A stretch of 64,000 nt of DNA from an uncultured Spirochaetota bacterium (GTDB lineage Bacteria; Spirochaetota; Brevinematia; Brevinematales; JAOACQ01): positions 896,001 through 960,000 of the forward strand of contig CAWIGG010000002.1 of the NCBI GenBank assembly GCA_963835575.1. Direction: 5' to 3'. A program made the translations under genes and the position numbers. The notes under the pieces are model-generated. The model was not told the origin of the DNA and did not search any database. It saw only the letters and a program-made list of their open reading frames with translations. Positions 1-9,195 of the stretch are shown piece after piece (the stretch's first letter is position 1; each line of letters opens with the position of its first letter).

Positions 1-418
1 CACCAAGCAATCCTCTCAAGGCATTCTCCATATCCATCTCTGAGACTCCATAGAGATACAACAATGGAATGGCTTCCTCAATTCTCAGGCTTTTTCTCAT
101 ATACGGCGGTACTATTAGGCTTTGAAAATTGTCGCCTCCGAGTCGGTTCCTTGTTCTCGGAATACATACATCAATAGCCCCTCCACCAATGAGAATCTGA
201 CGGGCTTTATGATACCCATTTCTTACTATTGCCTTTCTCCCGTCTTCGATAGTTAAATGCTCTCTCTCCTGAAGAAACCCATTAATTTCATCTTCCAGAG
301 CCTTCTTGATTATTTCCCTGGCCCCGATCCTTGCCAATTCTTCAAGACATAAAAATTCTACTGTTTCATCTTGATTAAAAGCCTGTAAGAGCTTAAAATC
401 TTCGTTGTGCTTCGGCAT
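1..418 (-). CDS. IS256-family (Mutator-like) transposase, N-terminal part, runs off the window start
   Basis: Not in the ORF track. Manual translation from ATG 418 gives MPKHNEDFKLLQ...IVRNGYHKARQILIGGGAIDVCIPRTRNR...FQSLIVPPYMRKSLRIEEAIPLLYLYGVSEMDMENALRGLLG. The RNGY, PRxR, PxYxR and YLxGVS motifs are typical of IS256 transposases. AGGAGG RBS upstream. Confidence 0.9.
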   Translation of the reverse strand, partial: MPKHNEDFKLLQAFNQDETVEFLCLEELARIGAREIIKKALEDEINGFLQEREHLTIEDGRKAIVRNGYHKARQILIGGGAIDVCIPRTRNRLGGDNFQSLIVPPYMRKSLRIEEAIPLLYLYGVSEMDMENALRGLLG

Positions 419-520
419 ATGGCGTATTCCTCCTTTTGTTTATTGTCGTAAATAAATTATAGAGGGTACGCCATCTTTTTTATAATATTTATTCCTATAC
501 ACAACTTTCTATTATAACTC
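1..520 (-). mobile_element. IS256-family insertion sequence, left part
   Basis: The terminus reads GAGTTATAATAGAAAGTTGTGTA (520-498, minus strand), an IS256-like end, about 100 bp upstream of the transposase start. The other end lies outside the window. Confidence 0.8.
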
Positions 521-607
521 GAGGAAATTTCTTAATTCCTAAAAATCGATATTATGGTCGCTTGCGCCTTGTAATAATTTATAAAGGAATTTCTGAAATT
601 GGCTCAT
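521..607 (-). pseudogene. HicA-family toxin 5' fragment, with an in-frame TAG, cut by the IS256 element
   Basis: ATG 607 reads MSQFQKFLYKLLQGASDHNIDF*ELRNFL and then meets the IS end at 520. It resembles HicA N-termini (..K.L..+L.G.SD.NI.F.EL..+L). TAG at 541-539. Confidence 0.65.
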
Positions 608-790
608 AAGATGTAACCGCCATTTTTATACCAAATAAGTTTAAGATAATCAAAAGATTAAGTCAAGATGACGACTCGCCACTAATTGTTTTTGATTTTT
701 AAAACTAAATACAGATGTTGTTCAGTAAGACAAAGAAATTGAATTGATGAAAATACTTGAGAATATTAGGAAGTTAACAAAGTCGCTGGA

Positions 791-2227
791 TTAATGTCCG
801 ATTTTTTCAATGGAATAAGCGAGGTTCAGAATTCCTTCCTCGTCCAATAATCTGCCGATGATCTGAACGCCGAGCGGCAGGCCGTTCTTTGTAAATCCGC
901 TGGGAACGGAAATTCCGGGTAACCCGGCCAGATTAATGGATATGGTGTAAATATCGGAAAGATACATCGCTATGGGATCATCCATTTTTTCACCGATTTT
1001 AAAAGCAGGGGTCGGTGAAGTCGGTCCTAATATATAATCGACCTTCTTGAAAACCTGATCGAAATCATTTTTAATAAGAGAACGTACTTTAAGGGCTTTT
1101 AAATAATAGGCATCGTAATAACCGGCAGAAAGCACATATGTGCCCAGCATAATCCTTCTTTTCACCTCGGTGCCGAATCCTTCGCTCCTGGTTTTTTTGT
1201 AGAGCTCCGACAGGCTTTTCGCATCAGCCCGCAGGCCGTATTTTATACCGTCATACCGTTCGAGGTTTGAGCTGGCTTCCGCCGTCGCGACTATATAATA
1301 GGTAGGGACGGCATAATCTGAGTAGGGAAGGCTGATGTCGATAATTTCAGCGCCTCTATTTTTCAGCTCTGATATTACTTTTTTTATGTTGTCTTCCACT
1401 TCTTTGTCCATTCCGCTGATAAAATACTCTTTCGGAATGCCGATTTTTAAACCTTTGATGTTGTCTTTCAAATTAAATTCTTTTTTTGCTATATCAAGGC
1501 TGGTTGAATCTTTCGGATCATAGCCGGTTATAGCGGATAATAAAAAGGCCGAATCTTCCACATTCCTTGTTATAGGCCCTATCTGGTCAAGCGAAGAGGC
1601 AAAAGCAACCAGGCCGTACCTGGAAACAAGGCCGTAAGTCGGTTTAAAACCGACTACACCGCAAAGAGACGCGGGCTGGCGGATTGATCCGCCGGTATCG
1701 CTTCCCAGGGCGGCCGGAGCCAATTTTCCCGCGACAGCGGCCGCGGAACCCCCGGATGACCCGCCCGGTATCCTTTCTCTATCATAGGGGTTGCGTGTAA
1801 TTCCGAAATATGACGTTTCTGTTGAAGAACCCATGGCAAACTCGTCCATATTGGCTTTTCCAATCGGTACCATTCCATTCTCAAAAATAAGCTTTTCAAC
1901 TACAGTGGAGTTATAAGTGGCATTATAATTCTGCAGTATTTTTGAGCCGCATGTTGTCGGGACGCCTTTTATGTTCATATTATCTTTTATCGCGATGGGT
2001 ATGCCCGTAAGCGGTGTATGATTGCCTTTAGCGATACGCGCATCAGCTTTTTTAGCCGCTTCTAAAGCATAATCTTTTAAGACATTAATATAAGCATGAA
2101 CAGGCTTCGTTTGTTTTGCATCGTTTTCAATCGCTTCCAGATAGGCTTTGGTAATTTCCAGTGAAGAAAGCTTTTTTCCGGAGAGTAATTGAGAGAGTTC
2201 TTTAAGGCTTAAATCCGGTATATTCAT
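791..2227 (-). CDS. gatA: Asp-tRNA(Asn)/Glu-tRNA(Gln) amidotransferase subunit A
   Basis: Amidase signature [25 protein letters not shown], and [22 protein letters not shown]. Confidence 0.97.
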   Translation of the reverse strand: MNIPDLSLKELSQLLSGKKLSSLEITKAYLEAIENDAKQTKPVHAYINVLKDYALEAAKKADARIAKGNHTPLTGIPIAIKDNMNIKGVPTTCGSKILQNYNATYNSTVVEKLIFENGMVPIGKANMDEFAMGSSTETSYFGITRNPYDRERIPGGSSGGSAAAVAGKLAPAALGSDTGGSIRQPASLCGVVGFKPTYGLVSRYGLVAFASSLDQIGPITRNVEDSAFLLSAITGYDPKDSTSLDIAKKEFNLKDNIKGLKIGIPKEYFISGMDKEVEDNIKKVISELKNRGAEIIDISLPYSDYAVPTYYIVATAEASSNLERYDGIKYGLRADAKSLSELYKKTRSEGFGTEVKRRIMLGTYVLSAGYYDAYYLKALKVRSLIKNDFDQVFKKVDYILGPTSPTPAFKIGEKMDDPIAMYLSDIYTISINLAGLPGISVPSGFTKNGLPLGVQIIGRLLDEEGILNLAYSIEKIGH

Positions 2228-2229
2228 AA

Positions 2230-2895
2230 TTAAGAATGATCTCCTTTAAAAGTTTTGATCAGATTGCTTCTATGCCTTATTAAGAGTAATACTGCAATAA
2301 AGATAGTAATAATTAAAATGACAATTCTATTCGGTTCCAGGAAAAAAGTTGAAAATGGCAGAGTGACAGCGGCAATGCTGGAGGATAACCCGACTCCTTT
2401 TTGAAGGTCTTTAAAAAATCTTTGCCCTTTCTTATCCGGTTCCGGCATCCGGGATAACGCGATTCCCCGGGCCGTAAATAAAACAATGAGGAATGCTATT
2501 CCCCCGATCAACGCTTCAAAAGGAGCAATTAATAGAAATACGCCGAGTGTCGTTGCCACGCCTTTTCCACCTTTAAAGGCGAGATAAACCGGGAACATAT
2601 GCCCGATGATCGCCATTAATCCGACAACAACCAGGACAATATCCTGCGGAATAGGGCCTTGAATGAATATTCTTGAAAAATAAACCGGCAGAGCGCCTTT
2701 TAACAGATCGAGCAGAAATACAGGAAGAAAACCGCCGACAAAGCCGAATTGCCTGCTGACATTGGTTGCTCCGATGTTTTTAGATCCGACTTTCCGGATA
2801 TCCACGCCTCTTAACAGGGAATAGAGGAGGCCGAAAGGAATAGCGCCAATTAAATAAGCTGAAATTGAGAAAATAATAAGAATTATTATATCCAT
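2230..2895 (-). CDS. plsY: Glycerol-3-phosphate 1-O-acyltransferase PlsY
   Basis: [39 protein letters not shown] and RHRSN motifs; multiple TM segments. Confidence 0.95.
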   Translation of the reverse strand: MDIIILIIFSISAYLIGAIPFGLLYSLLRGVDIRKVGSKNIGATNVSRQFGFVGGFLPVFLLDLLKGALPVYFSRIFIQGPIPQDIVLVVVGLMAIIGHMFPVYLAFKGGKGVATTLGVFLLIAPFEALIGGIAFLIVLFTARGIALSRMPEPDKKGQRFFKDLQKGVGLSSSIAAVTLPFSTFFLEPNRIVILIITIFIAVLLLIRHRSNLIKTFKGDHS

Positions 2896-3200
2896 AAAGA
2901 TATCCTTTAAATAATTATTTTCTGGTTGATATATTATAATTTCGCATTAAACCCGAATGCTTTAGAAAAATTATATAAGAAAAGTAATAAAATTTCAATT
3001 TTAGGCATTTTATCAACCAATGTATGGAAAATGAAATAATAATTCTATTCAAAATAAAAATGTGAATCAGATATGAACTTAATAAATTAAGTTTTTATGG
3101 AAAGAAATTGCTCAGTTTCAGATAAACAATTGTTATGACGACAGGATTGTTTTATTTTTTCACGGTTTTATGATACACTAATTGAGATAAAATATAATAT

Positions 3201-3273
3201 AGAGCGATTTTTTTCAAAAGCTTATTAATCTGCAGCTTTATACACTATAGATAAATATAAAATAAATCGCTCT
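3201..3273. repeat. Short inverted-repeat element AGAGCGATTT...AAATCGCTCT
   Basis: 10-bp inverted ends around a ~53-bp AT-rich core. The left end (TAGAGCGATTTT) recurs at about 23334-23345. Confidence 0.4.
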
Positions 3274-3303
3274 GTTTAGGAAATTATTATCAGAGGAAAT
3301 TTT

Positions 3304-4278
3304 ATGAAAGACAGGCAGAAAAAGATGTTCATCAACATGCTGATTTTATTTATTCTGCTCATTTTAATCGGTTCTTATTATTTATTCAGTATATTGCCTC
3401 ATGAGAAATTAAAAGAAACTGAAGGTAAAGTTTTTCTCTTACCTCATTTTTCAAAAGAGAGTGTTGCGGGTCTGAATATCTGCTATAATAATGTCTCCAA
3501 CAAATATCTGACGGTTATCGATTATATTTCGAATCAATGGGATATAACAAAACCGAAATTATACCAGGCGAATGATGAAGCGGTTTTACGGATTTTGAAT
3601 GATCTTCCCGGTATTAAAAGCGAAAGGTTGTTAACAAATGTAACTATTGATCAGCTAAAAGAATATGGATTTAATAACCCTTCAATAACATTGGAAATAC
3701 GCTTTTCAGATTCTCATGAAATAGAAATGTTAGTCGGTTCAAAAACCCCTGCTGAAGATTTGTCCTATGTTATTATAAGTACAAATTCAAATAGCGTATA
3801 TCTGGTATATGATTATAAATTTTCCAGTCTGGAGAAAACAGGTGATGAGTTCAAAAATACAGAGATATTTAACCAGCCTTTGCAGACAATTAATTTTGTT
3901 GAAATAAAAAAAGGACCGGGGATTTTATATCAGTTTTATATTGATCATAATAAAAATAAAGAAAAGTGGGTTATGATAAAGCCTGAAAAAAAAGAAATTA
4001 ACCCTGATTCTTTAAAAGAAAAAATGATGGATCTTTATACTATTAATATTCAATCGTTTTATGATTCTGATTTAAATTATAACGTTTTAAAGAAGTTCGG
4101 TTTGATCAATCCTTTTTATACAGTCAGAATCGCTTCAGATGATTACACCAACCGGCTGCTGATTGGCACTAAAATTAGCAATAATATCTATGCGGCATTC
4201 ATTCCGGAGAAAGAACAAATCATTTTTATTGATTGCAGCGATTTGATTGATAAAATGAACTTTGGCTTAACTGATTAG
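3304..4278 (+). CDS. Membrane-anchored DUF4340-like protein
   Basis: N-terminal TM helix; two repeats of W.+.kP ... L..(Y/F)G+.NP ... +L+G.K, typical of DUF4340. Confidence 0.7.
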   Translation: MKDRQKKMFINMLILFILLILIGSYYLFSILPHEKLKETEGKVFLLPHFSKESVAGLNICYNNVSNKYLTVIDYISNQWDITKPKLYQANDEAVLRILNDLPGIKSERLLTNVTIDQLKEYGFNNPSITLEIRFSDSHEIEMLVGSKTPAEDLSYVIISTNSNSVYLVYDYKFSSLEKTGDEFKNTEIFNQPLQTINFVEIKKGPGILYQFYIDHNKNKEKWVMIKPEKKEINPDSLKEKMMDLYTINIQSFYDSDLNYNVLKKFGLINPFYTVRIASDDYTNRLLIGTKISNNIYAAFIPEKEQIIFIDCSDLIDKMNFGLTD

Positions 4279-4290
4279 AGAGTAATAATA

Positions 4291-4881
4291 ATGGAAATAG
4301 AATTGGCTAGAAGCCTGATGAATCTATTCTTTCAGGCGCCGGCTGCTCATGGTATTCTTGTTTTTGAAGATAATGATTATCTTGGGGTTGTTTTAAAAAG
4401 AGATATTGAAATCGGCATTATGGAAGGCAGTTTCAATCTATTTGAAAATATAAATATGATCAAACTCAATCAGCTGACCCAGGTGGTTTTTAAGAATCAA
4501 ACATCAAAAAATCTGCAGGTTCCCGTAATAGACAAGGCCGGCAGCCTCATGCGGATTATTTCATTTGAGGAATTCCAGTGTCAGTTTTATTTTGATGAAT
4601 ATACCCCTCATTTTAATATACAAAATGTACTGGATGAACTTGAGCATCCTCTGGTCATAACCAACCATTTTAAAAAAACGATTTATGCCAATAAAAAAGC
4701 AATGGAAATGCTTGAATGCGATATTGAAGGGAAAAATTTCTCAGAAATATTAAAGCATTTTGAGATCAAAACAATAGGTACTTTCATGCTTATCGAGAAT
4801 TGTAAACATTCTTATAATCTTATCATCAGCCATTCAGAAACAAAACATTTTTCCTATTTTGTTTATTTGTTTTTGAAATAA
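4291..4881 (+). CDS. Hypothetical protein with degenerate CBS-like N-terminus and PAS-like C-terminus
   Basis: YLGVVLKRDI and VPVIDKAGSL are CBS-like; VLDELEHPLVITN..KTIYANKKAMEML..DIEGKNFSEIL is PAS-like. Confidence 0.5.
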   Translation: MEIELARSLMNLFFQAPAAHGILVFEDNDYLGVVLKRDIEIGIMEGSFNLFENINMIKLNQLTQVVFKNQTSKNLQVPVIDKAGSLMRIISFEEFQCQFYFDEYTPHFNIQNVLDELEHPLVITNHFKKTIYANKKAMEMLECDIEGKNFSEILKHFEIKTIGTFMLIENCKHSYNLIISHSETKHFSYFVYLFLK

Positions 4882-5320
4882 AGATCGGCCGACAAAGCGG
4901 TTTATTTGCAGAATGAAATCAAAAATTCTAGGTCCGGGCCGTGACATCACATCCTCATTTACAAATATTATTCTTGGGTTGATTTTCAATCTTTGAAATC
5001 TATTCTGCAGAGAATTTAATTCTTTTTTAAAACGGTCAGCAATGAATATTACATCCGGATTTAAACGGATCAGTTCTTCTTCATTTATGAGAGGATAGTG
5101 GACTTGTGAAACAATAGGGTTATCAAAACCAGCTTTTTCTAAAACATCGCCCAGGAATGTATATTTTGATGCGCTATAGAAAGGATATAAGGAAATTAAG
5201 ATAACAGCTTTCTTTTTATGAGCAGACTTTTTAATTGTTAATAATTTATAATTAATATTTTGAATTTTCTTTGTAATATCTGCATTTAAAAAATTCCCTA
5301 AAAAAATTATATTACTAATT
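4834..5320 (-). pseudogene. C-terminal half of a BtuF-like (cobalamin/Fe-siderophore) ABC substrate-binding protein, separated by IS5
   Basis: Contains TFLGDVLEKAGFDN, YPLINEEELIRLNPDVIF and MSRPGPRI. The first ~19 residues of ORF 4834-5376 are IS-derived. Confidence 0.85.
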
Positions 5321-6616
5321 GAGACCTTTGCACGGTAAATTGATAAAAAGGAGTGTATAATTTCAATATATGCCATAATATACTGTTAGGGGAGAGGTTA
5401 ATATGGCGATAAAAACAAAGCCTGACGGTTGGGCAGATTATGAGATCAATTCCCGAAAGCAGAAAGGCATCACATTTTTAGACCAAGTATTAATACTGAT
5501 CGACTGGACAAAAATCGAGAAGATAATCCGTAAGAAATACAAGAAGTACTTTAATGCGGTAGGGAGCCCTGCTTATCCGAGTCTTGTGATGTTTAAAGTT
5601 CTACTTTTACAGACATGGTATGATCTCTCAGACCCTGTGACAGAAGAATATCTGCTCAACTGGATACCAGCGTCACGCTTTGTAGGCTTATCGCTTGCAA
5701 GTGATGTGCCTGATCACAGTACAATTTGCAGGTTTCGAAATGAATTGAAGGAATTGGGAGTTTACGAAAAGCTCTTTAACGAAATCAATCGCCAGTTAGA
5801 GGAACAAGAGTTACTAATTAAAAAGGGTGCGATTGTAGACGCTACAGTGATAGAGTCGGCAAGACGACCGCGAAAGGTAGTGGAAACGGAAAGTATTCCT
5901 CTAGATCGCAAAGAGGAAGAAAAAGCAGAAGCTTCCAATCCAAATATAACTTACTCTGATGACACAGACGCGAAATGGCTGGTCAAGGGGAAAAAAGTTG
6001 TTTATGGTTATAAGTTGCATATGGCGGTAGACGATCAGAACGGATTTATTCTTGGAGGTCATGTAACAAGCGCGAATATTTCAGACATGAACGAAATAAA
6101 ACAGGTTGTAGAAGAAATTGGATTAAAGGAAAAATCATCAGTAGCAGCAGATAAAGGATATGCAAGCCAGGAAAATCGGGACATGCTTAAAGAAAAAAAG
6201 ATGAAAAGCAGGATTATGAGAAAAGCGGCTCGAGGCTGGGCTTTGACAGAACGAGAGAAGATATTCAATCGTTTAATCAGCGGGTTTCGCTATATTGTAG
6301 AACAGACAACCGGCATACTCAAACAACACTACGGTTTTAAGAGAATGCGTTATCTGGGATGCGAGAAAGGAGAAATGGAGTTTTATTTAAAAGCAATGGC
6401 ATTAAATTTAAAAAAAGCGGCAAGAATATGTTTTGAGGTATAGGGTGAACTGCGCCCAAAAGCCCTTTTTCAGCGGGATAAAGCTGAAAAACACCTGGAA
6501 ATCCTTAATGTTTCGGGTTAACGGTGATAGAAATCATCAAATTCTATGCTAAATCTGAATTTAAATTTTTTATCCGGGACGGATAGCAGGGGATTAGTCA
6601 ATTATGCAAAGGTCTT
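5321..6616 (+). mobile_element. Complete IS5-family insertion sequence, 1296 bp, 5-bp TSD TAATT
   Basis: Left end GAGACCTTTGCA (5321-5332); right end TGCAAAGGTCTT (6605-6616), 11/12 inverted match. Direct repeat TAATT at 5316-5320 and 6617-6621. Confidence 0.93.
5403..6443 (+). CDS. IS5-family DDE transposase
   Basis: PAYPSLVMFKVLLLQTWYDLSD, PDHSTICRFR, VDATVI, YGYKLH, ADKGY and RYIVE; the catalytic triad appears intact. Confidence 0.95.
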   Translation: MAIKTKPDGWADYEINSRKQKGITFLDQVLILIDWTKIEKIIRKKYKKYFNAVGSPAYPSLVMFKVLLLQTWYDLSDPVTEEYLLNWIPASRFVGLSLASDVPDHSTICRFRNELKELGVYEKLFNEINRQLEEQELLIKKGAIVDATVIESARRPRKVVETESIPLDRKEEEKAEASNPNITYSDDTDAKWLVKGKKVVYGYKLHMAVDDQNGFILGGHVTSANISDMNEIKQVVEEIGLKEKSSVAADKGYASQENRDMLKEKKMKSRIMRKAARGWALTEREKIFNRLISGFRYIVEQTTGILKQHYGFKRMRYLGCEKGEMEFYLKAMALNLKKAARICFEV

Positions 6617-6995
6617 TAATTATATCTGTCACATTATGTTCTTTGAGTGTAATGACTTTTATACCGAGAGATTCCAACCGCTCAATTTGATCTTTAGAAT
6701 TACCTGAATAGGATGCTATAACCAGATCAGGTTTCAAAGACACAATTTTTTCTATATTAATACTCCAGATATCTCCTATTTTAGGTAAAAGTAAAGCATC
6801 TGATGGATAGCTGCAAGCAGTTGTGTCAGCTATTAAGCGGTCACCTTTTCCAATAAAATACAGCATCTCAGTCACATTCGGGGCTATACTGATAATCCTG
6901 TTATTTTCCGCATAAGTAAATGAAAAAAAGAATATAAATATAAGAAAATATTTCATGCTTTTTAAAATTATTCTTTTTCTACGTTTATTGTTCAT
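6617..6995 (-). pseudogene. N-terminal half of the BtuF-like substrate-binding protein, interrupted by IS5
   Basis: Signal peptide (likely start MKYFLIF at 6956), RIISIAPNVTEMLYFIG, YP..A..LPKIG, NIEKIVSLKPDLVI. Joins the 4834-5320 fragment in frame once the IS and one TSD copy are removed. Confidence 0.88.
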
Positions 6996-7061
6996 AATTA
7001 TTATTATATTTTTTATTTTGAACTTTGTATAGAAAGAATAGCTTTATTTTATAATTAGATA

Positions 7062-7129
7062 TAAATAGTGAAACCCTCCCCGGGGGTTGGGGAGGGTTTC
7101 TGAAAAAAATGTATTTTAAGGGGGCTTTG
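7062..7129 (-). ncRNA. Candidate sigma-54-dependent small RNA with C-rich motifs
   Basis: Starts about 12 nt downstream of a consensus -24/-12 element. Contains GCCCCCUU and a perfect 12-bp stem with an AACCCCC loop (7070-7100). No ORF. Confidence 0.5.
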
Positions 7130-7140
7130 TTTTATAATGG

Positions 7141-7155
7141 GCAATTAATGTGCCA
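7141..7155 (-). promoter_or_regulatory. Sigma-54 (RpoN) promoter
   Basis: Minus strand TGGCAC-ATTAA-TTGC is an exact match to TGGCAC-N5-TTGC. Confidence 0.75.
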
Positions 7156-7228
7156 TTTTCTCAAAATGATTAGATAATCATATGCATTATATATAAATAA
7201 AATATAATTCAATTTTTATTATGATAAA

Positions 7229-7274
7229 AATGCACAGTTCATAATGCACAATCATATACTGTGTGATGTGCATT
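7229..7274. promoter_or_regulatory. Candidate enhancer (bEBP upstream activating sequence)
   Basis: AATGCACA occurs twice (7229, 7243), with the inverted copy TGTGCATT at 7267-7274. It lies 100-145 bp upstream of the predicted sigma-54 start, across an AT-rich spacer. Confidence 0.45.
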
Positions 7275-7278
7275 GATT

Positions 7279-7305
7279 TAAAGTAAGCGCAATATAAGTC
7301 GATAT
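7279..7305 (+). promoter_or_regulatory. Sigma-28 (FliA/SigD)-type promoter for the flgI unit
   Basis: TAAA-N15-GTCGATAT, 17 bp before the ATG at 7323. Confidence 0.65.
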
Positions 7306-7322
7306 TTTAACAAGAGGTTTAA

Positions 7323-8060
7323 ATGACAAGAATTATTATAATATTAATTCTTTTATGTTGTTCAGTTATTAATCATGCTGACGAAATACAATTCATATTA
7401 AAAGATATTGTTTATATAAAAACAAATAAAATATCCTTTAACGATTTGTTGGGAAATGATTTAGGACTAAGTTCAGAATTTCAGATCATATCAAATCAAT
7501 ATTTCTCAAATTATGAAATATCACGCTTATTAAAGCAGCAATATATCAAAGAAGTAATTTTAATTGGAAAAGGTGTTCAAGTAGAATGGATAAATCAATT
7601 TTCAAGCTTGAACAATATTAAAAATTATTTATTAAATACTTATCCGGGTATAAATATTCAAAAAGTTGATTTTTCAGATATAAGTTTTCCTGAAGAATTT
7701 AAAATTCAAAATTTAAAAAGCGAATATGAAAACAATTATATTAAAATACAGGCTGAATATTTATATTTTATTGGGAATAATGGAATTACAACCAATATAA
7801 AATTTGAATTAAAATATTATGGAAGCGATATAAATATATATCAAAAAAGTATTTCTCAATTCAATAATTCTTATGATTATATTTATCTTGAACATATTGA
7901 TAGAGGTATGGCGGATCTCTCATATAAAAAAGGCGATATTTTCATTACTATGAAAGTAAAGATAATGAGAAAGCTTGAGGATAATTACTATCTTGTCGAA
8001 AATAATAAAAGCGGAAAAACATTCAAGGTGAAATTGAAAGAGAAAACAGAGGAATTATAA
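7323..8060 (+). CDS. Exported hypothetical protein, possibly a divergent FlgA-like P-ring chaperone
   Basis: Signal peptide; overlaps the flgI start (TAATG); C-terminal Y.KGDI.ITMKVK...VENNKSGKTF weakly recalls the FlgA C-terminus. Confidence 0.45.
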   Translation: MTRIIIILILLCCSVINHADEIQFILKDIVYIKTNKISFNDLLGNDLGLSSEFQIISNQYFSNYEISRLLKQQYIKEVILIGKGVQVEWINQFSSLNNIKNYLLNTYPGINIQKVDFSDISFPEEFKIQNLKSEYENNYIKIQAEYLYFIGNNGITTNIKFELKYYGSDINIYQKSISQFNNSYDYIYLEHIDRGMADLSYKKGDIFITMKVKIMRKLEDNYYLVENNKSGKTFKVKLKEKTEEL

Positions 8061-9076
8061 TGAATAAAATAAAAACGTTTCTTATTTTTTTATTTTTATT
8101 TTTTATCACACAATTATTTTATGCCACAGCGGTGGATTTAAGAAATATTCTTAATATTGAGGGTTTCCAGGAAAATCCTCTTCTCGGTTATGGTGTTGTT
8201 GTTGGTTTAAAAGGAACAGGGGATAGCGACAGCGGTACTCAGACCAAAGAAATTATATCAAGAATAGCAAATAATTTTGGTTTTAAAATTAATGCGGAAA
8301 AAATTAAACCCAAAAATTCGGCTGTTGTACTGGTTAGCGCACTTATAACGCCATTCTCTCAACCTGGATCCAAGATTGATGTTAAGGTTTCTTCCATCTA
8401 TGATGCAAAATCTCTGGAAGGGGGAGAGCTTATTATTACTCCTTTAATTGCAGGAGATAATGAGATCTATGCTATTGCTCAGGGCAGCATTATGACTGAG
8501 AGAGCCTTAAGAGGCGTTATCGGGAATATTTCACAGGGCGCAATCATTCAAAAGCAGATTGAAAATAATATTGTGGATTCCAATAATAATATAACTTTCA
8601 TAGTCATGGAATCTTTAGGCTATAATGCTATTAATAAAGCAGTGGATGCGATCCGTCAAAAATATCCAGATGGGGTACAGGAAGTTTCATACAACAGGAT
8701 AAAAGTAAAGGTTCCTCAAGAAGAGGAAATTTATAAATTCATTGATAATATATATAAAATAAATGTTGATATTGAAGAAGAGCCGAGTGTTCTGGTGGAT
8801 TCTAAAAACGGAATTCTTATTTCAGGAGGCAATGTTCTTCTTTCCGAAGCAGCAATTTCCTACAACGGCATAAAATTAGAAATAGGCGGAGAAAAGAGCA
8901 AATCAGGTGAGAACCAGAAAAATGAAGACAATGTTAAATTATTAAAATCAACTTCAACAGTCCAGGATTTGGTCAACAGTCTCAATCAAACAGGGTTTTC
9001 AGGAAGTGATATTGTAAAAATACTGCAGCTACTGTATAAAAACGGCAATTTAAAAGCCCGTCTTATAGTACAATAA
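8060..9076 (+). CDS. flgI: Flagellar P-ring protein FlgI
   Basis: ENPLLGYGVVVGLKGTGDS, KNSAVVLVSA, IDVKVSSIYDAKSLEGGELIITPL, GNLKARL. Confidence 0.92.
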   Translation: MNKIKTFLIFLFLFFITQLFYATAVDLRNILNIEGFQENPLLGYGVVVGLKGTGDSDSGTQTKEIISRIANNFGFKINAEKIKPKNSAVVLVSALITPFSQPGSKIDVKVSSIYDAKSLEGGELIITPLIAGDNEIYAIAQGSIMTERALRGVIGNISQGAIIQKQIENNIVDSNNNITFIVMESLGYNAINKAVDAIRQKYPDGVQEVSYNRIKVKVPQEEEIYKFIDNIYKINVDIEEEPSVLVDSKNGILISGGNVLLSEAAISYNGIKLEIGGEKSKSGENQKNEDNVKLLKSTSTVQDLVNSLNQTGFSGSDIVKILQLLYKNGNLKARLIVQ

Positions 9077-9140
9077 AATTGTTGTCATAAGAAAAATCAA
9101 ATATCCTATCACCTTTGAACAAAAAAGAATCATCGTTAAT

Positions 9141-9169
9141 TTGACAAAATGAACGTAAGAATTTAATAT
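9141..9169 (+). promoter_or_regulatory. Sigma-70-type promoter of the rplU operon
   Basis: TTGACA-N17-TAATAT. Confidence 0.55.
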
Positions 9170-9195
9170 AATAGCCTGATTTTTTATTTTATTGA

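Noticed and set aside
539..541. Stop-codon reassignment (TAG read-through) in the hicA-like fragment
   Set aside because: TAG ends several intact genes here (flgB, fliE, fliF, fliI), so it is a real stop and the fragment is a pseudogene.
6996..7322. Cobalamin riboswitch upstream of the BtuF-like gene
   Set aside because: I could not find the B12-box or GGGAA/GCCACTG core on the minus strand. The region is better explained by the sigma-54 and sigma-28 promoters plus one hairpin.
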